Positions 8,832 to 18,100 of a stretch of 52,044 nucleotides of DNA are shown one piece after another. Position 1 is the first letter of the stretch; every line of letters begins with the position of its first letter. The notes under the pieces are model-generated. The model was not told where the DNA came from. It worked only from the letters and a program-made list of their open reading frames with translations, and searched no databases. The translations under genes were made by a program, and so were the position numbers. Origin of the DNA: a virus (Duplodnaviria; Caudoviricetes); the IMG/VR virus record IMGVR_UViG_3300028835_000313, positions 1-52,044 of that record. One strand, written 5' to 3'.

Positions 8832-9485
8832 ATGGCAGAAAATAAAAAATCATTTATCGCCTACATAGATTGGAAGGAGACATTTGATTCTCTTCCTGAT
8901 GATAAAGCTGGTCAATTAATAAAGCACATATTTGCATACGTCAATGACGAAAATCCACAAACTGATGATATTTTAATTAATGCTGTATTCGCCAATATAC
9001 GGCAAACTCTTAAAAGAGATTTAAAGAAGTGGGAAAAACAACATCAACAAAGAGTTGAAGCCGGTAGAATAAGTGCTGAAAAAAGAAAGCATCCGTCAAC
9101 GACCATTGAACGACCGTTGAACGAAACTCAACAAGCGTCAACTGTTAGTGTTAATGATAGTGTAAGTGATACTGTAACTGTTAAAAAAAAGAGTATAGAT
9201 GACAGAAAATCGGATTTTAAAAAATCCTTACTCCCTCATTTAGAAAAATATGGCAAGGATATTCTTAATGAGTTTTATGCTTATTGGACAGAACATGGTG
9301 AAAGTGACCGAAAGATGAGATTTGAGAAACAGACTAGTTTTAGTATTACAAGAAGATTGTCCACTTGGAAAAAAAATGAAAATAAATTCAGTTCAAATGA
9401 AAAAAATAAATCAAATAACAGGGGAGGCTTTGAAAGTGATACCACGAAACGCACAATTGAGCAAATCCAAAACGGATTTGAATAA
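8832..9485 (+). CDS. Putative replication initiator (DUF6291-like N-terminus)
   Basis: KKSFIAYIDW...L.D..AGQLIK.IF.Y; low-complexity linker; FYAYW...RLSTW C-terminus. Confidence 0.7.
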   Translation: MAENKKSFIAYIDWKETFDSLPDDKAGQLIKHIFAYVNDENPQTDDILINAVFANIRQTLKRDLKKWEKQHQQRVEAGRISAEKRKHPSTTIERPLNETQQASTVSVNDSVSDTVTVKKKSIDDRKSDFKKSLLPHLEKYGKDILNEFYAYWTEHGESDRKMRFEKQTSFSITRRLSTWKKNENKFSSNEKNKSNNRGGFESDTTKRTIEQIQNGFE

Positions 9486-9942
9486 ACGTTCAGAAGCCGT
9501 TTTAAACCGTTTTGAGACAGCTAAAGATTTTGCGGTGCAATTTAACATGGACTATTGTGCTAATAAATATATCGCTATCAAGACGAATTACGAAGGGCTA
9601 ATGTCAAACACGGTTAAACTGAGAGAACTTTCAGATTGCTATGGTGATAAAAATATTTCCAATTGGATTGCATCTTGGTTAGTTGTTTTGTCCAGTAAAA
9701 TGGATTTCCAAATAAGCCCGGAACAGGCTGGAACCACTTCTGTTTTGATTTTAGAAGAATTATATATGATTAACATTTCTGAATTCTCTCTTTTCTTTAA
9801 ACGATTACTTAAAGGTGACTACGGGATATTCTATGGTAAGTTTAATATCCAAACGATATTGATGGCATGTAAGGAATTTAGGATGCAGAGAGGATTTGTA
9901 TTGTCGAAATTGAGTGAAGAGGATCAATTAAAACTATTGTGA
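9322..9942 (+). CDS. Replication-associated protein downstream of the initiator (start uncertain, possibly 9376 or 9397)
   Basis: Position; GDYGIFYGKF motif. Confidence 0.55.
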   Translation: MRNRLVLVLQEDCPLGKKMKINSVQMKKINQITGEALKVIPRNAQLSKSKTDLNKRSEAVLNRFETAKDFAVQFNMDYCANKYIAIKTNYEGLMSNTVKLRELSDCYGDKNISNWIASWLVVLSSKMDFQISPEQAGTTSVLILEELYMINISEFSLFFKRLLKGDYGIFYGKFNIQTILMACKEFRMQRGFVLSKLSEEDQLKLL

Positions 9943-9943
9943 A

Positions 9944-10195
9944 ATGGAAACAAATTATCAAAAAGCAAAAAGAACATTAATAGACAATTCAGCAATTTTA
10001 GGGATAGAATTGCCGGAAGATGGACTTATACTTAGAATGCTAAAATTAGCTGCTACACCTGACAAAGATTTATTGGATGCAGCAAGGGACTGTAGTACTT
10101 GTAAACATCAACAAGTAAGTAAATACGTAGAACCTTGTTATGGTTGCAGGGACAATGATGGCTATGATAATTTTGAAAGTACTATTGTAATATGA
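9944..10195 (+). CDS. Cys-rich hypothetical protein
   Basis: CSTC...PCYGC. Confidence 0.6.
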   Translation: METNYQKAKRTLIDNSAILGIELPEDGLILRMLKLAATPDKDLLDAARDCSTCKHQQVSKYVEPCYGCRDNDGYDNFESTIVI

Positions 10196-10413
10196 ATCAA
10201 ATCTACGAACAGCATAAAAGAAGTGAAGCTAATTAAAAATTAAAGGATGATAATATTAATAGTACTGATAATTTTATTTATAATAGGGCTTTGCTTAATG
10301 GATGAGCGAGTTTTCAATTAGTAAAGCGGAGAAATAAACGAGCTTCTTAGCGAGTTAGTTTGTTTACAACGGTGTTGGTATGGCATTTTATTTTACGGAT
10401 TAAAAGCACGGAC

Positions 10414-10737
10414 ATGGATAAAAAAACAATAGAAATACTAAACTTTCTTAAAGAAAAATCAGTATTTGAAACGAGCGAAAACGGTAATAAGGGACATGTA
10501 ATTTGGAGTAATGAATTTTATAAAGTAGCACAGGAGTTAGTAAAATTATTTACTATACCTGATGTTAGCTTTTTTCTTAAAATTCCGCCTCCAAATTTAA
10601 AGCAAAAAAATATTTCAGAAAAGTCAGAAATAGCTAAGCAGCTAAAGAATAAAGGATATAGTATCAGAGAAATAATGAAAATACTTGGATATAAATCTCC
10701 CAGAAGCATTCAAGTGCTGTTAGCAAAGGAATTTTAA
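10414..10737 (+). CDS. Chimeric-looking protein with C-terminal HTH module
   Basis: GYSIREIMKILGYKSPRSIQVLL; junction GTT at 10564. Confidence 0.65.
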   Translation: MDKKTIEILNFLKEKSVFETSENGNKGHVIWSNEFYKVAQELVKLFTIPDVSFFLKIPPPNLKQKNISEKSEIAKQLKNKGYSIREIMKILGYKSPRSIQVLLAKEF

Positions 10738-10807
10738 TATTAAAGCTAACGGTTGGCTGTAAACGGAGCTTGAGAATTGTGAAAGAATTTTATAAAAAAG
10801 AAATATT

Positions 10808-10993
10808 ATGGAAGATGTAATTTATTATTTGATGGATGACCTTCATAAGAGCTATAGATTTAAGGCGAAATATGAAAAGAGAGATAACGTAAAAATGGTT
10901 GGTATCATATCAAAAAGGATTGATAATTTCGAGAAAGCTATTTCTATTTTAGAAAAGGCTGAGAACAATACACGAGTGGAGGTAATTCGATAA
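10808..10993 (+). CDS. Hypothetical protein
   Basis: ORF within the module array. Confidence 0.6.
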   Translation: MEDVIYYLMDDLHKSYRFKAKYEKRDNVKMVGIISKRIDNFEKAISILEKAENNTRVEVIR

Positions 10994-11066
10994 AACGATT
11001 TATATAAGTTGTCGAAATTTTGGCAGCACGCAGAGAATTTGATTTAACAACTAAAAATAGAATACA

Positions 11067-11348
11067 ATGAAAAACTTAATTAAAAGAATACATTTTGCAA
11101 TTTATATTTTGTTAGCGGTAGTTGTTTTTGGATGCAATAACAAACCAAAAAACAATCCTAAAATAGACCGCAGTAAATTATACAGAGAAGCATCCTATTA
11201 TAGCATAGAAGCATCGTGGTGCTATAAGCAAGCCACTATCGCTGTATTTGAGAGAAATAAACACAAAAAGGATTCATTAGTGTTAAAGGCGATTGAATAT
11301 AGTAAGAAAGCGGATAGTTTAACAAATGTAGCCAACAATTACCGCTAA
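11067..11348 (+). CDS. Putative lipoprotein
   Basis: Signal peptide with VFGC lipobox-like motif. Confidence 0.65.
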   Translation: MKNLIKRIHFAIYILLAVVVFGCNNKPKNNPKIDRSKLYREASYYSIEASWCYKQATIAVFERNKHKKDSLVLKAIEYSKKADSLTNVANNYR

Positions 11349-11393
11349 CGTAAATAATAAACACTGATTTTTAACGGATAAATAACTACGAAC

Positions 11394-11648
11394 ATGACAG
11401 AACAAGAAAAGATTGATAAAGTAGCCGATAAAGTAACTGAATACACAACAGCAACAATGCACAACCAAGGACTAATTAGTTACAATGATATACCAAAATT
11501 AGCAACTGAGATAGTTAAAAATTTGGGTTTATTTAGTGTTAGCAATAACGAAGTGGCGGTTTGCGAAACCTGTAAAACACCGCTTCAATTATTTAATGAT
11601 GGTAGACCATTTTGCCCTAGCTGCCTAAAGATTTATAAAGCAAACTGA
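11394..11648 (+). CDS. Protein with C-terminal CxxC...CxxC Zn-ribbon module
   Basis: CETC...CPSC after the GTT junction at 11538. Confidence 0.65.
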   Translation: MTEQEKIDKVADKVTEYTTATMHNQGLISYNDIPKLATEIVKNLGLFSVSNNEVAVCETCKTPLQLFNDGRPFCPSCLKIYKAN

Positions 11649-11692
11649 TTGCAACGTTCTGTGCATGAACTTTAATTAAAATTATTTGAGCG

Positions 11693-11896
11693 ATGGGAAA
11701 AAGAGTAGTTTATTTAAAAGAGTTCGATACATTCGGAGAAGAAGTTGATGTGAAGGTAACGTGCAATAATTGGAATGCCTTTCTGCGAGTGTGGGATATT
11801 GAAACTCTCCAATTAATAATGGATACACAAATTCAAAATGAAAATTATGAAGCAGCTGGACTTATTAAGGAACATATAGAACGGAAAGGTGCGTAG
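11693..11896 (+). CDS. Hypothetical protein with UVR-like C-terminus, enclosed in an inverted repeat
   Basis: ENYEAAGLIKE. Confidence 0.6.
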   Translation: MGKRVVYLKEFDTFGEEVDVKVTCNNWNAFLRVWDIETLQLIMDTQIQNENYEAAGLIKEHIERKGA

Positions 11897-12068
11897 GCAA
11901 TTTTAATTATTGTTTATTGCACTTTGTTGTAAATTGAGAAATTTTTACAAAAAGGTTACCAGTCGATAATATCTCTGTTCATAATTAAATGTATTAATTT
12001 ACAAACAAAGATAGTAAAAATTTATTTGTTTATAACTTGTTTATATCAACAACTAATTCATATCTATA

Positions 12069-12266
12069 ATGGCTAAACCTATTGATTTACAATATACTTA
12101 TAAAAAGCATGTGGGTTTTACTCAGATTCAAAAAGAATCCTTAATAACACTTAAAAACTATGGTGTAGATGTGAATCAATTTATTAGGCAGGCAGTAAAA
12201 GAAAAGATTCTCCGCGATTGGAAAGAAATAAAAGAAAGTAAAAATAAAGCGTATTGTCCATTTTAA
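12069..12266 (+). CDS. Small putative DNA-binding (ribbon-helix-helix-like) protein
   Basis: VNQFIRQAVKEKI. Confidence 0.5.
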   Translation: MAKPIDLQYTYKKHVGFTQIQKESLITLKNYGVDVNQFIRQAVKEKILRDWKEIKESKNKAYCPF

Positions 12267-12268
12267 AT

Positions 12269-12296
12269 AAAAAAGCCGGAGTCAACACCCCGGCTT
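12269..12296 (-). terminator. Intrinsic terminator at the convergence of the two arms
   Basis: AAGCCGG...CCGGCTT stem with an A-tract on the left. Confidence 0.75.
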
Positions 12297-12331
12297 CAAA
12301 ATCTAACTAAACTTAAACTTATGAAAATAAA

Positions 12332-12700
12332 CTATTTTCTTTTTGCCTCAATTGTATTTTTAAGCAAGTCTGTTAAAGCCATTGCAACACCTATAAAAGC
12401 ATTCGTTTGATGCTGACCTTTTATTCTTTTTATTGTAATAATTTCATCTGCCGCCACCCCTATTGCTTGTCCAGCAGCATCCCAATTACCATTATTAATG
12501 CTTTGGATTGCAGTATTTATTAACGGATCAACTCTATCCGGAATAACCTTATCGCCGTATTCATTTGCAAATTGAATTATTGTTTTAAGAATCTTTTTAG
12601 CTATTCCTTTTAAAAACCAGGGAACTTTTGCCTTAAATTTTAAAAATAGGTAATCAACAATTAATTGAGTTGTTTCTTTTGTCCAAACTTTTCCATCCAT
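12332..12700 (-). CDS. Hypothetical protein
   Basis: ORF with its own - strand promoter (CAAATTTA 12721-12728, CAAA 12748). Confidence 0.7.
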   Translation of the reverse strand: MDGKVWTKETTQLIVDYLFLKFKAKVPWFLKGIAKKILKTIIQFANEYGDKVIPDRVDPLINTAIQSINNGNWDAAGQAIGVAADEIITIKRIKGQHQTNAFIGVAMALTDLLKNTIEAKRK

Positions 12701-12809
12701 GATATTTATTTTTGATTAATCAAATTTACGTATAATTATTAAATTTGCAAAACAATGTTTAAAAGCATATTTAACAACTTGATTTCAATTTTATTTATTT
12801 GTATATTGC

Positions 12810-13054
12810 AGTCTCAAAAGTTATTTGAAATTTTGATTGATCTTTGAAAATGAATATCGTTGTGCTGATAATGAATGGCTGCAAACATTTAAAAACAGTA
12901 AACGAGTCCTTGCAGGGATATATGGATAAAGCTAAAAATAAATAATCCGGCGACGCCTTAATTTAGCAATTCCCGGAATCCGAAATCAAAAGAATAGCAT
13001 CCAGAAGATTAATTGAATTTTGATTAAAGGCTCGGCAAATTGTCGGGCTTTTTT
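12810..13054 (+). ncRNA. Candidate ~240-nt small RNA or leader transcript
   Basis: Promoter-like TTG...TATATTGC (12779-12809), no long ORF, terminator at 13027-13054. Confidence 0.35.
13027..13054 (+). terminator. Intrinsic terminator (possibly bidirectional)
   Basis: AAGGCTCGGCAA/TTGTCGGGCTT followed by a T-tract. Confidence 0.75.
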
Positions 13055-13059
13055 AACGC

Positions 13060-13293
13060 TTATTTAAAACGCTTTAGTTTCCTTTTGGAATAATCCCTTA
13101 TCAATTTCCAGTTTCGCGTTAATTTATGCCCCAAACTACCTGAGAATAGAAATGCGATAACAACTTCGATTGCTTCTTCTGTTTCCAGATCAATCAAGTC
13201 TGGTTTTAATCTCATAATTAACTTTAAAGCTAAAAATGCGATTGCAACTGAAGGAGTTTTAGAACCGTTACTTTTTTGGATCAGCTTTTTCAT
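13060..13293 (-). CDS. Small membrane protein (holin-like)
   Basis: Two hydrophobic segments and a basic C-terminus; next to the endolysin. Confidence 0.5.
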   Translation of the reverse strand: MKKLIQKSNGSKTPSVAIAFLALKLIMRLKPDLIDLETEEAIEVVIAFLFSGSLGHKLTRNWKLIRDYSKRKLKRFK

Positions 13294-13370
13294 ATTCTAA
13301 ATAACTGTGATAGAATTCATAGGCACTCCATAAGAAAAGAAAAATGCATGTTGTTATTATTGTATCCATG

Positions 13371-13814
13371 TTAAGGAAATTCAGACCGTACATTAAAGGC
13401 AGGACAAGACTTCATCCATTCATCTGGCATAATTACTCCATCTCCATTTAAATCAGGTGATAAATCGCGGTGCCCCATCCATTCGGTTACATCAAACATT
13501 CGTTCAATGAATAATTTACAAGCAATCAAGGCTTGTTTCTGAGCATCAGTCCGGGTGTCTTTAGGGTTTAAATCGTTATCCAAGCCACCTTCATAGCAAA
13601 TAGCAATAAATCCTTTATTATATCCTTTGGCGTGTGCCAATTGAGTCCCAAATGGTCTACCTTGATGAATTGATCCATCTCTTTCGATGTAAAGGTTATA
13701 TCCTATATCTGACCAACCATTTTTATCAATGTGCATTTTCTTGCACTGTTCGAATGTTAAACGGCTTTTCTCAGGGGTTGCAGAACAATGGATACATACT
13801 TTAATTTTCTTCAT
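13371..13814 (-). CDS. Endolysin, N-acetylmuramoyl-L-alanine amidase (Amidase_2, T7 lysozyme-like)
   Basis: IHCSAT, GWSDIGY, AHAKGYN, ICYEGG, GHRD, KSCPAF. Confidence 0.93.
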   Translation of the reverse strand: MKKIKVCIHCSATPEKSRLTFEQCKKMHIDKNGWSDIGYNLYIERDGSIHQGRPFGTQLAHAKGYNKGFIAICYEGGLDNDLNPKDTRTDAQKQALIACKLFIERMFDVTEWMGHRDLSPDLNGDGVIMPDEWMKSCPAFNVRSEFP

Positions 13815-14055
13815 TTGATTTCAATTTTTCCAGTTTAATCTCTTTAATCTCTAATTCAATTTTACCTGTTTTTCTTTTGGTTAACAGAATTGAAACCCAT
13901 ATAATACCGGCAACAATACCTATTAGACCGGCTATTGCACTTATTGAATCATCTATAATTGGTGATAGCTTTGCAACGGCTGAAAGAATGAATCCAACAA
14001 CCCACACAATTCCTGAAACTATCTGTGCTATAAATTTCATGCAAAAATCGCCCAT
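13801..14055 (-). CDS. Putative holin
   Basis: Two TM helices and a charged C-terminus, directly upstream of the endolysin. Confidence 0.6.
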   Translation of the reverse strand: MGDFCMKFIAQIVSGIVWVVGFILSAVAKLSPIIDDSISAIAGLIGIVAGIIWVSILLTKRKTGKIELEIKEIKLEKLKSNEEN

Positions 14056-14396
14056 AATCCACCTAGTCCTAATATTCCCATGTCCATTCTTTCATAAAAT
14101 GCTGTATCCTGCGCCCCAATCTCCATAAAAATAAGAACATCTACTAATATGCACCATGTGGAATAAATTAATACTACTTTTAATAATCTCTTTGATTTGT
14201 ATATTGGGATACGGTATATCCTAAACTTGCCTGTGCTTATAGCGGAATATACAAACAGAAATATTCCTATTTCCATAATCCCATGTGCTAAATAATAAAC
14301 CAATGAAGCAACCGGAGCTGCCTTATAATCTATTGCATGAAATATAAAATTCATGACGCACCACAATAATAACCATATTCCAATATACTTACTCAT
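14037..14396 (-). CDS. Multi-pass membrane protein in the lysis region
   Basis: About four hydrophobic segments. Confidence 0.6.
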   Translation of the reverse strand: MSKYIGIWLLLWCVMNFIFHAIDYKAAPVASLVYYLAHGIMEIGIFLFVYSAISTGKFRIYRIPIYKSKRLLKVVLIYSTWCILVDVLIFMEIGAQDTAFYERMDMGILGLGGLWAIFA

Positions 14397-14509
14397 TATT
14401 TTCCTCCTCCCGGTGATGGTGGTCTATGATCTCTTGTTCCAACTTCCGGTTCTTTTACTTTCTCTTCTTTTTTAGGCTTTTTAACCTCTTTTTCTTTTTT
14501 CTTGCTCAT
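14396..14509 (-). CDS. 37-aa Lys/Glu- and Pro-rich peptide (not in ORF track)
   Basis: MSKKKEKEVKKPKKEEKVKEPEVGTRDHRPPSPGGGK*; stop overlaps the next ATG. Confidence 0.5.
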   Translation of the reverse strand: MSKKKEKEVKKPKKEEKVKEPEVGTRDHRPPSPGGGK

Positions 14510-14742
14510 GATTCTAATTTTATGTTAAAGTTAATAAATTATTTTTTCAAGTCGTTAAATTTCTTCTCCGATTTCATCCGGGAATATTAATTCATTGTCT
14601 GATACCGTGTACCACATCTTTTCTTCCACATCTGGAATAGTTCGAAGTTCAGCTTCAATCCATTCGTCCCAATGTTTTACTTTATATTTTCCGTCTGGTA
14701 ATGTCATTTGAATATGTTTTTAATAAATTTCAAAGGTTTAAA

Positions 14743-15144
14743 TCATTTTTGCATTAAATCATAGTAATACAACTTTTCTGACAGTCCCTTTAGAATAGCC
14801 GTATCCTGAACGCTATACAGATCATTTAGCCATTCATATACCTTTTTCCCGGAAACCATTGCATTTAACGGCAATTCAATTACATAATTATTTTTTGACC
14901 TGACAAGCAAACTGTCGTTATAAGTTTTAATGTTGTAAAAAAAATATACTTCCTTTTCTGTGAATTTAGGATACATAAATTTGATATGATAATCAAGATT
15001 CAATGTATCAGAATTAAACATTTTTATCTCTGAATAGGTTTCAAGCTCTATCCCATAATTTGGTACAAATAAAGTTGTATCCTGTGCGAAACTTGCAGTT
15101 GCCGAAGCTGCGATAATTATTAAGGCTAAAATTAATTTATTCAT
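14743..15144 (-). CDS. Signal-peptide-bearing hypothetical protein after the tail fibre
   Basis: MNKLILALIIIAASATASFAQ. Confidence 0.65.
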   Translation of the reverse strand: MNKLILALIIIAASATASFAQDTTLFVPNYGIELETYSEIKMFNSDTLNLDYHIKFMYPKFTEKEVYFFYNIKTYNDSLLVRSKNNYVIELPLNAMVSGKKVYEWLNDLYSVQDTAILKGLSEKLYYYDLMQK

Positions 15145-15153
15145 TTTTATTAT

Positions 15154-18100
15154 TTATAATTGTTCCCAATTTGTGACATCGTAACTTACGTATTCAACAT
15201 TACTCCCAGCAGCGAGAGTAACAGAAGTATCCACACCTGCTCCTAAGTTATCACCACTTGCAGGAAATATCTGTAAAATATTTGCTCCATTATTAATTAC
15301 AACAACTCTAAGCCCTGCTACTGCCGTTGGCATTGTCACCACGTCATTTGCGTTAGCAACAACAGAAACTTCATTAATAGCAGAAGTTAACGCCTGTTGT
15401 CCCTGTGATTGAGTAGTAGAAGCCGTTATAGATGCTGTTACACTTGATATAAAATCACCAGTAGAGCTTATACTTGCATTATCATTGATATTTACACTTA
15501 AAAATTTAGCTTCTTCACCCCCGTCCAGTATATCACTTCTTAAAGCTCCATGAGAACCGAGCGTTCCTTGAGCGAAAGCTATTGTATTAGTAAATAAAGC
15601 TGGTCTAACAGCATTAAATTTCATATTACCACCGTCATCAACAATCGAATTAACACCAATGCTTATAAATCCACGATTAGACCCAATTGTAACACCAGAT
15701 GTTGCACTATTCTCATTTACATCAATAGTTTTGCCAACTGTCAAGGCAGAATCTACATTCAAGTCTGTATTTACATTTACATCTAAGCTGGAAGGTGTAT
15801 TTACGGTTAATTCTAAATGTTGATTGTGTCCTACTATTTTTGTCCCATTCAATAATCGCATCTCTCCTAAATTTGAGTACATCTCGAATACACCAGTTCC
15901 AGACGTATTTACCGCAGACCATCCAAATTCACCTTTTATCAATAATTTCCATGTAGACACAGCATCAGTACCAAGACCTATATTACCATCAAATTTATAA
16001 TCACCAATAAATTTATTAAAATCACTTGCAGATGTCTGCTGTACTATGAAATTATTACTTACATCTCCGCTTCCTGTTAAATCGTTCGAAGTTGAATAAT
16101 AAAATCTATTTAATCTTGTTGTTCCTGAATAAATATATTTATCAAGAGTTATTCCATCAAAATGAAAATCTCCAGAACAAACAGTTACGTCATTTAATTG
16201 CAATATTTCATCCACTCCAGCCCCAGGGTCGCCAATAAATTTAAGTCCATCAAAACTACATGAGGACATACCGTTCGCAATTAACCTACCATTCCTTATT
16301 TGTAAATTAGAATAATAATTATGAGTCATTGGATTTGTTGTACCATCAATATTGTGATCTCCTGTTAAATAGACTGATTTTATATCAGTAGAAATAACAC
16401 TATTTGTAAAATTTAAATCACCTGTTATAGTCATATCACTTATTAATACTTCTCTGGTAAATGTTAAATCTAAGTCACCTGTTAGTGTAATATTTTTTAT
16501 TGTATGATTAGACGTAAATCCTGTTGGTGTAGATATATTGCCAGTGATTAGGCTGCTTTTTGAATCTCCGGCAAGTGTGACATTATCCTTAATGACAATA
16601 TCTGCAACACATGTAAAACTACCTTCTTTCAAAAAAACAATACCCCCTCCTTTCGCATTTACGAAATCAATAGCCTGATTAATTTCTACTTCATCATTTG
16701 TTCCATTTGTTATATAATCTGCATTTTCCTGACCAACTGTAACTACTATTTTAGATGCTAGGGTTGCAACTGTATCACCATTAGTTGTGATACCTCCTGA
16801 CACATCCATGTTTCCACTTCCATCAACAGTTACACTTTTATATACCAAATTTGCTTCTCCTAAATCAACGCCAACCAATTTATTTGAACTTCCGGCTTTC
16901 GATGCCGGCGTATCTGTATCTGAATCAAATGTTCCGCCACCTCCATCTCCGCCACCTCCGCCGGAATATCCAGGTTCGTTTCCTTGAATATTAGTAGTGC
17001 TGTAAACAGTCCATGTTCCACCCGAAGGATTCGCATGAGTCATTACAACTTCTGTTACAAATCCAGAATATGATCTCATTTCATAAGGTATGTCAGTGAC
17101 TTTAAATTGGCTTACATCTGCCTCGGCTTCTGCTCCACTAGAATATGATCCATTGGGTAAATTAACATACATGTGAGATTGTTGTCCGGTTTTATTTTGA
17201 ACTATCCAGAATACCCATGTCCATGATCGACCAGTTAAAGATGCTCCTGTCGCATCAATTAAGATTTCATTCAAGTCAATAATTGCTGTGTCTGGATGAT
17301 CGGGGTAATTTAATACATAAATACTATCACCTGTAAACATATCCATTGCTAATAATACCTGTTCATTTGACTGTGACCAATTACCCTGAGTAACTCCAAA
17401 TGTAACTGTGTCAGATGCAGCACCATTGGGTCTGACAGTTACAGTACCGTTTGAACCATTGATATATTTTAAATTTCTTAATCGTTGCCAGTTTCCTATC
17501 TGAGCTATTCTGCCTCTCAATGATCCCGTACTTGCGATAAAATCATTATAATTCTGAAGTCCTTTTAATCCGTTTGTCTGTGTTCTTAATGCGCTCCATG
17601 CTTCTGTTTTTGCAATAGTTTTGTATTGTGTTCCAATTGGAAAATAAGAAGTACTTGACGTTAGTACTCCGGTTGATTTTGGTATATAAATATATGCTGT
17701 TTGTGAATTATGATCCGTTCCAGCCGGAATTGTAATTGTGCAAGGAACTGATATTTTTGCGAATCCATCACTCCATCGAACTGTTAAATAGTCTTTCCCG
17801 TCCGAACTTTCAAGTGTTCCTGTTATTGTAGTTCCATTAGATGATTCTGTGAAATCAAAATTCTCTAAAATATTTGCATTGTTAATATTGTGCATTACAT
17901 CATCAATCTGTCCTTTAGGATTTATGAATATTTTCCCTTCAACAGCATCTACTGTATGAATAAAACCTATTTCATATTGAAAATTTGAAAATTCAGGTAT
18001 TGTTGTTGTCCAATTTTTCCCTGCTGTCAAAGTATCTACATAAACTATTGCCCCAGGTGTTTCACCGCTTGTATCTAAGCCTCCTACCGTGCCATAAGTT

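Larger units (their letters stand above)
10365..11931 (+). mobile_element. Array of attC-like, inverted-repeat-bounded gene modules
   Basis: Alternating AAC...GTT and GTT...AAC inverted arm pairs (see findings). Confidence 0.65.

Noticed and set aside
10365-11931. CRISPR array or canonical complete integron
   Set aside because: Repeats are inverted, variable and irregularly spaced; no cas or intI gene seen
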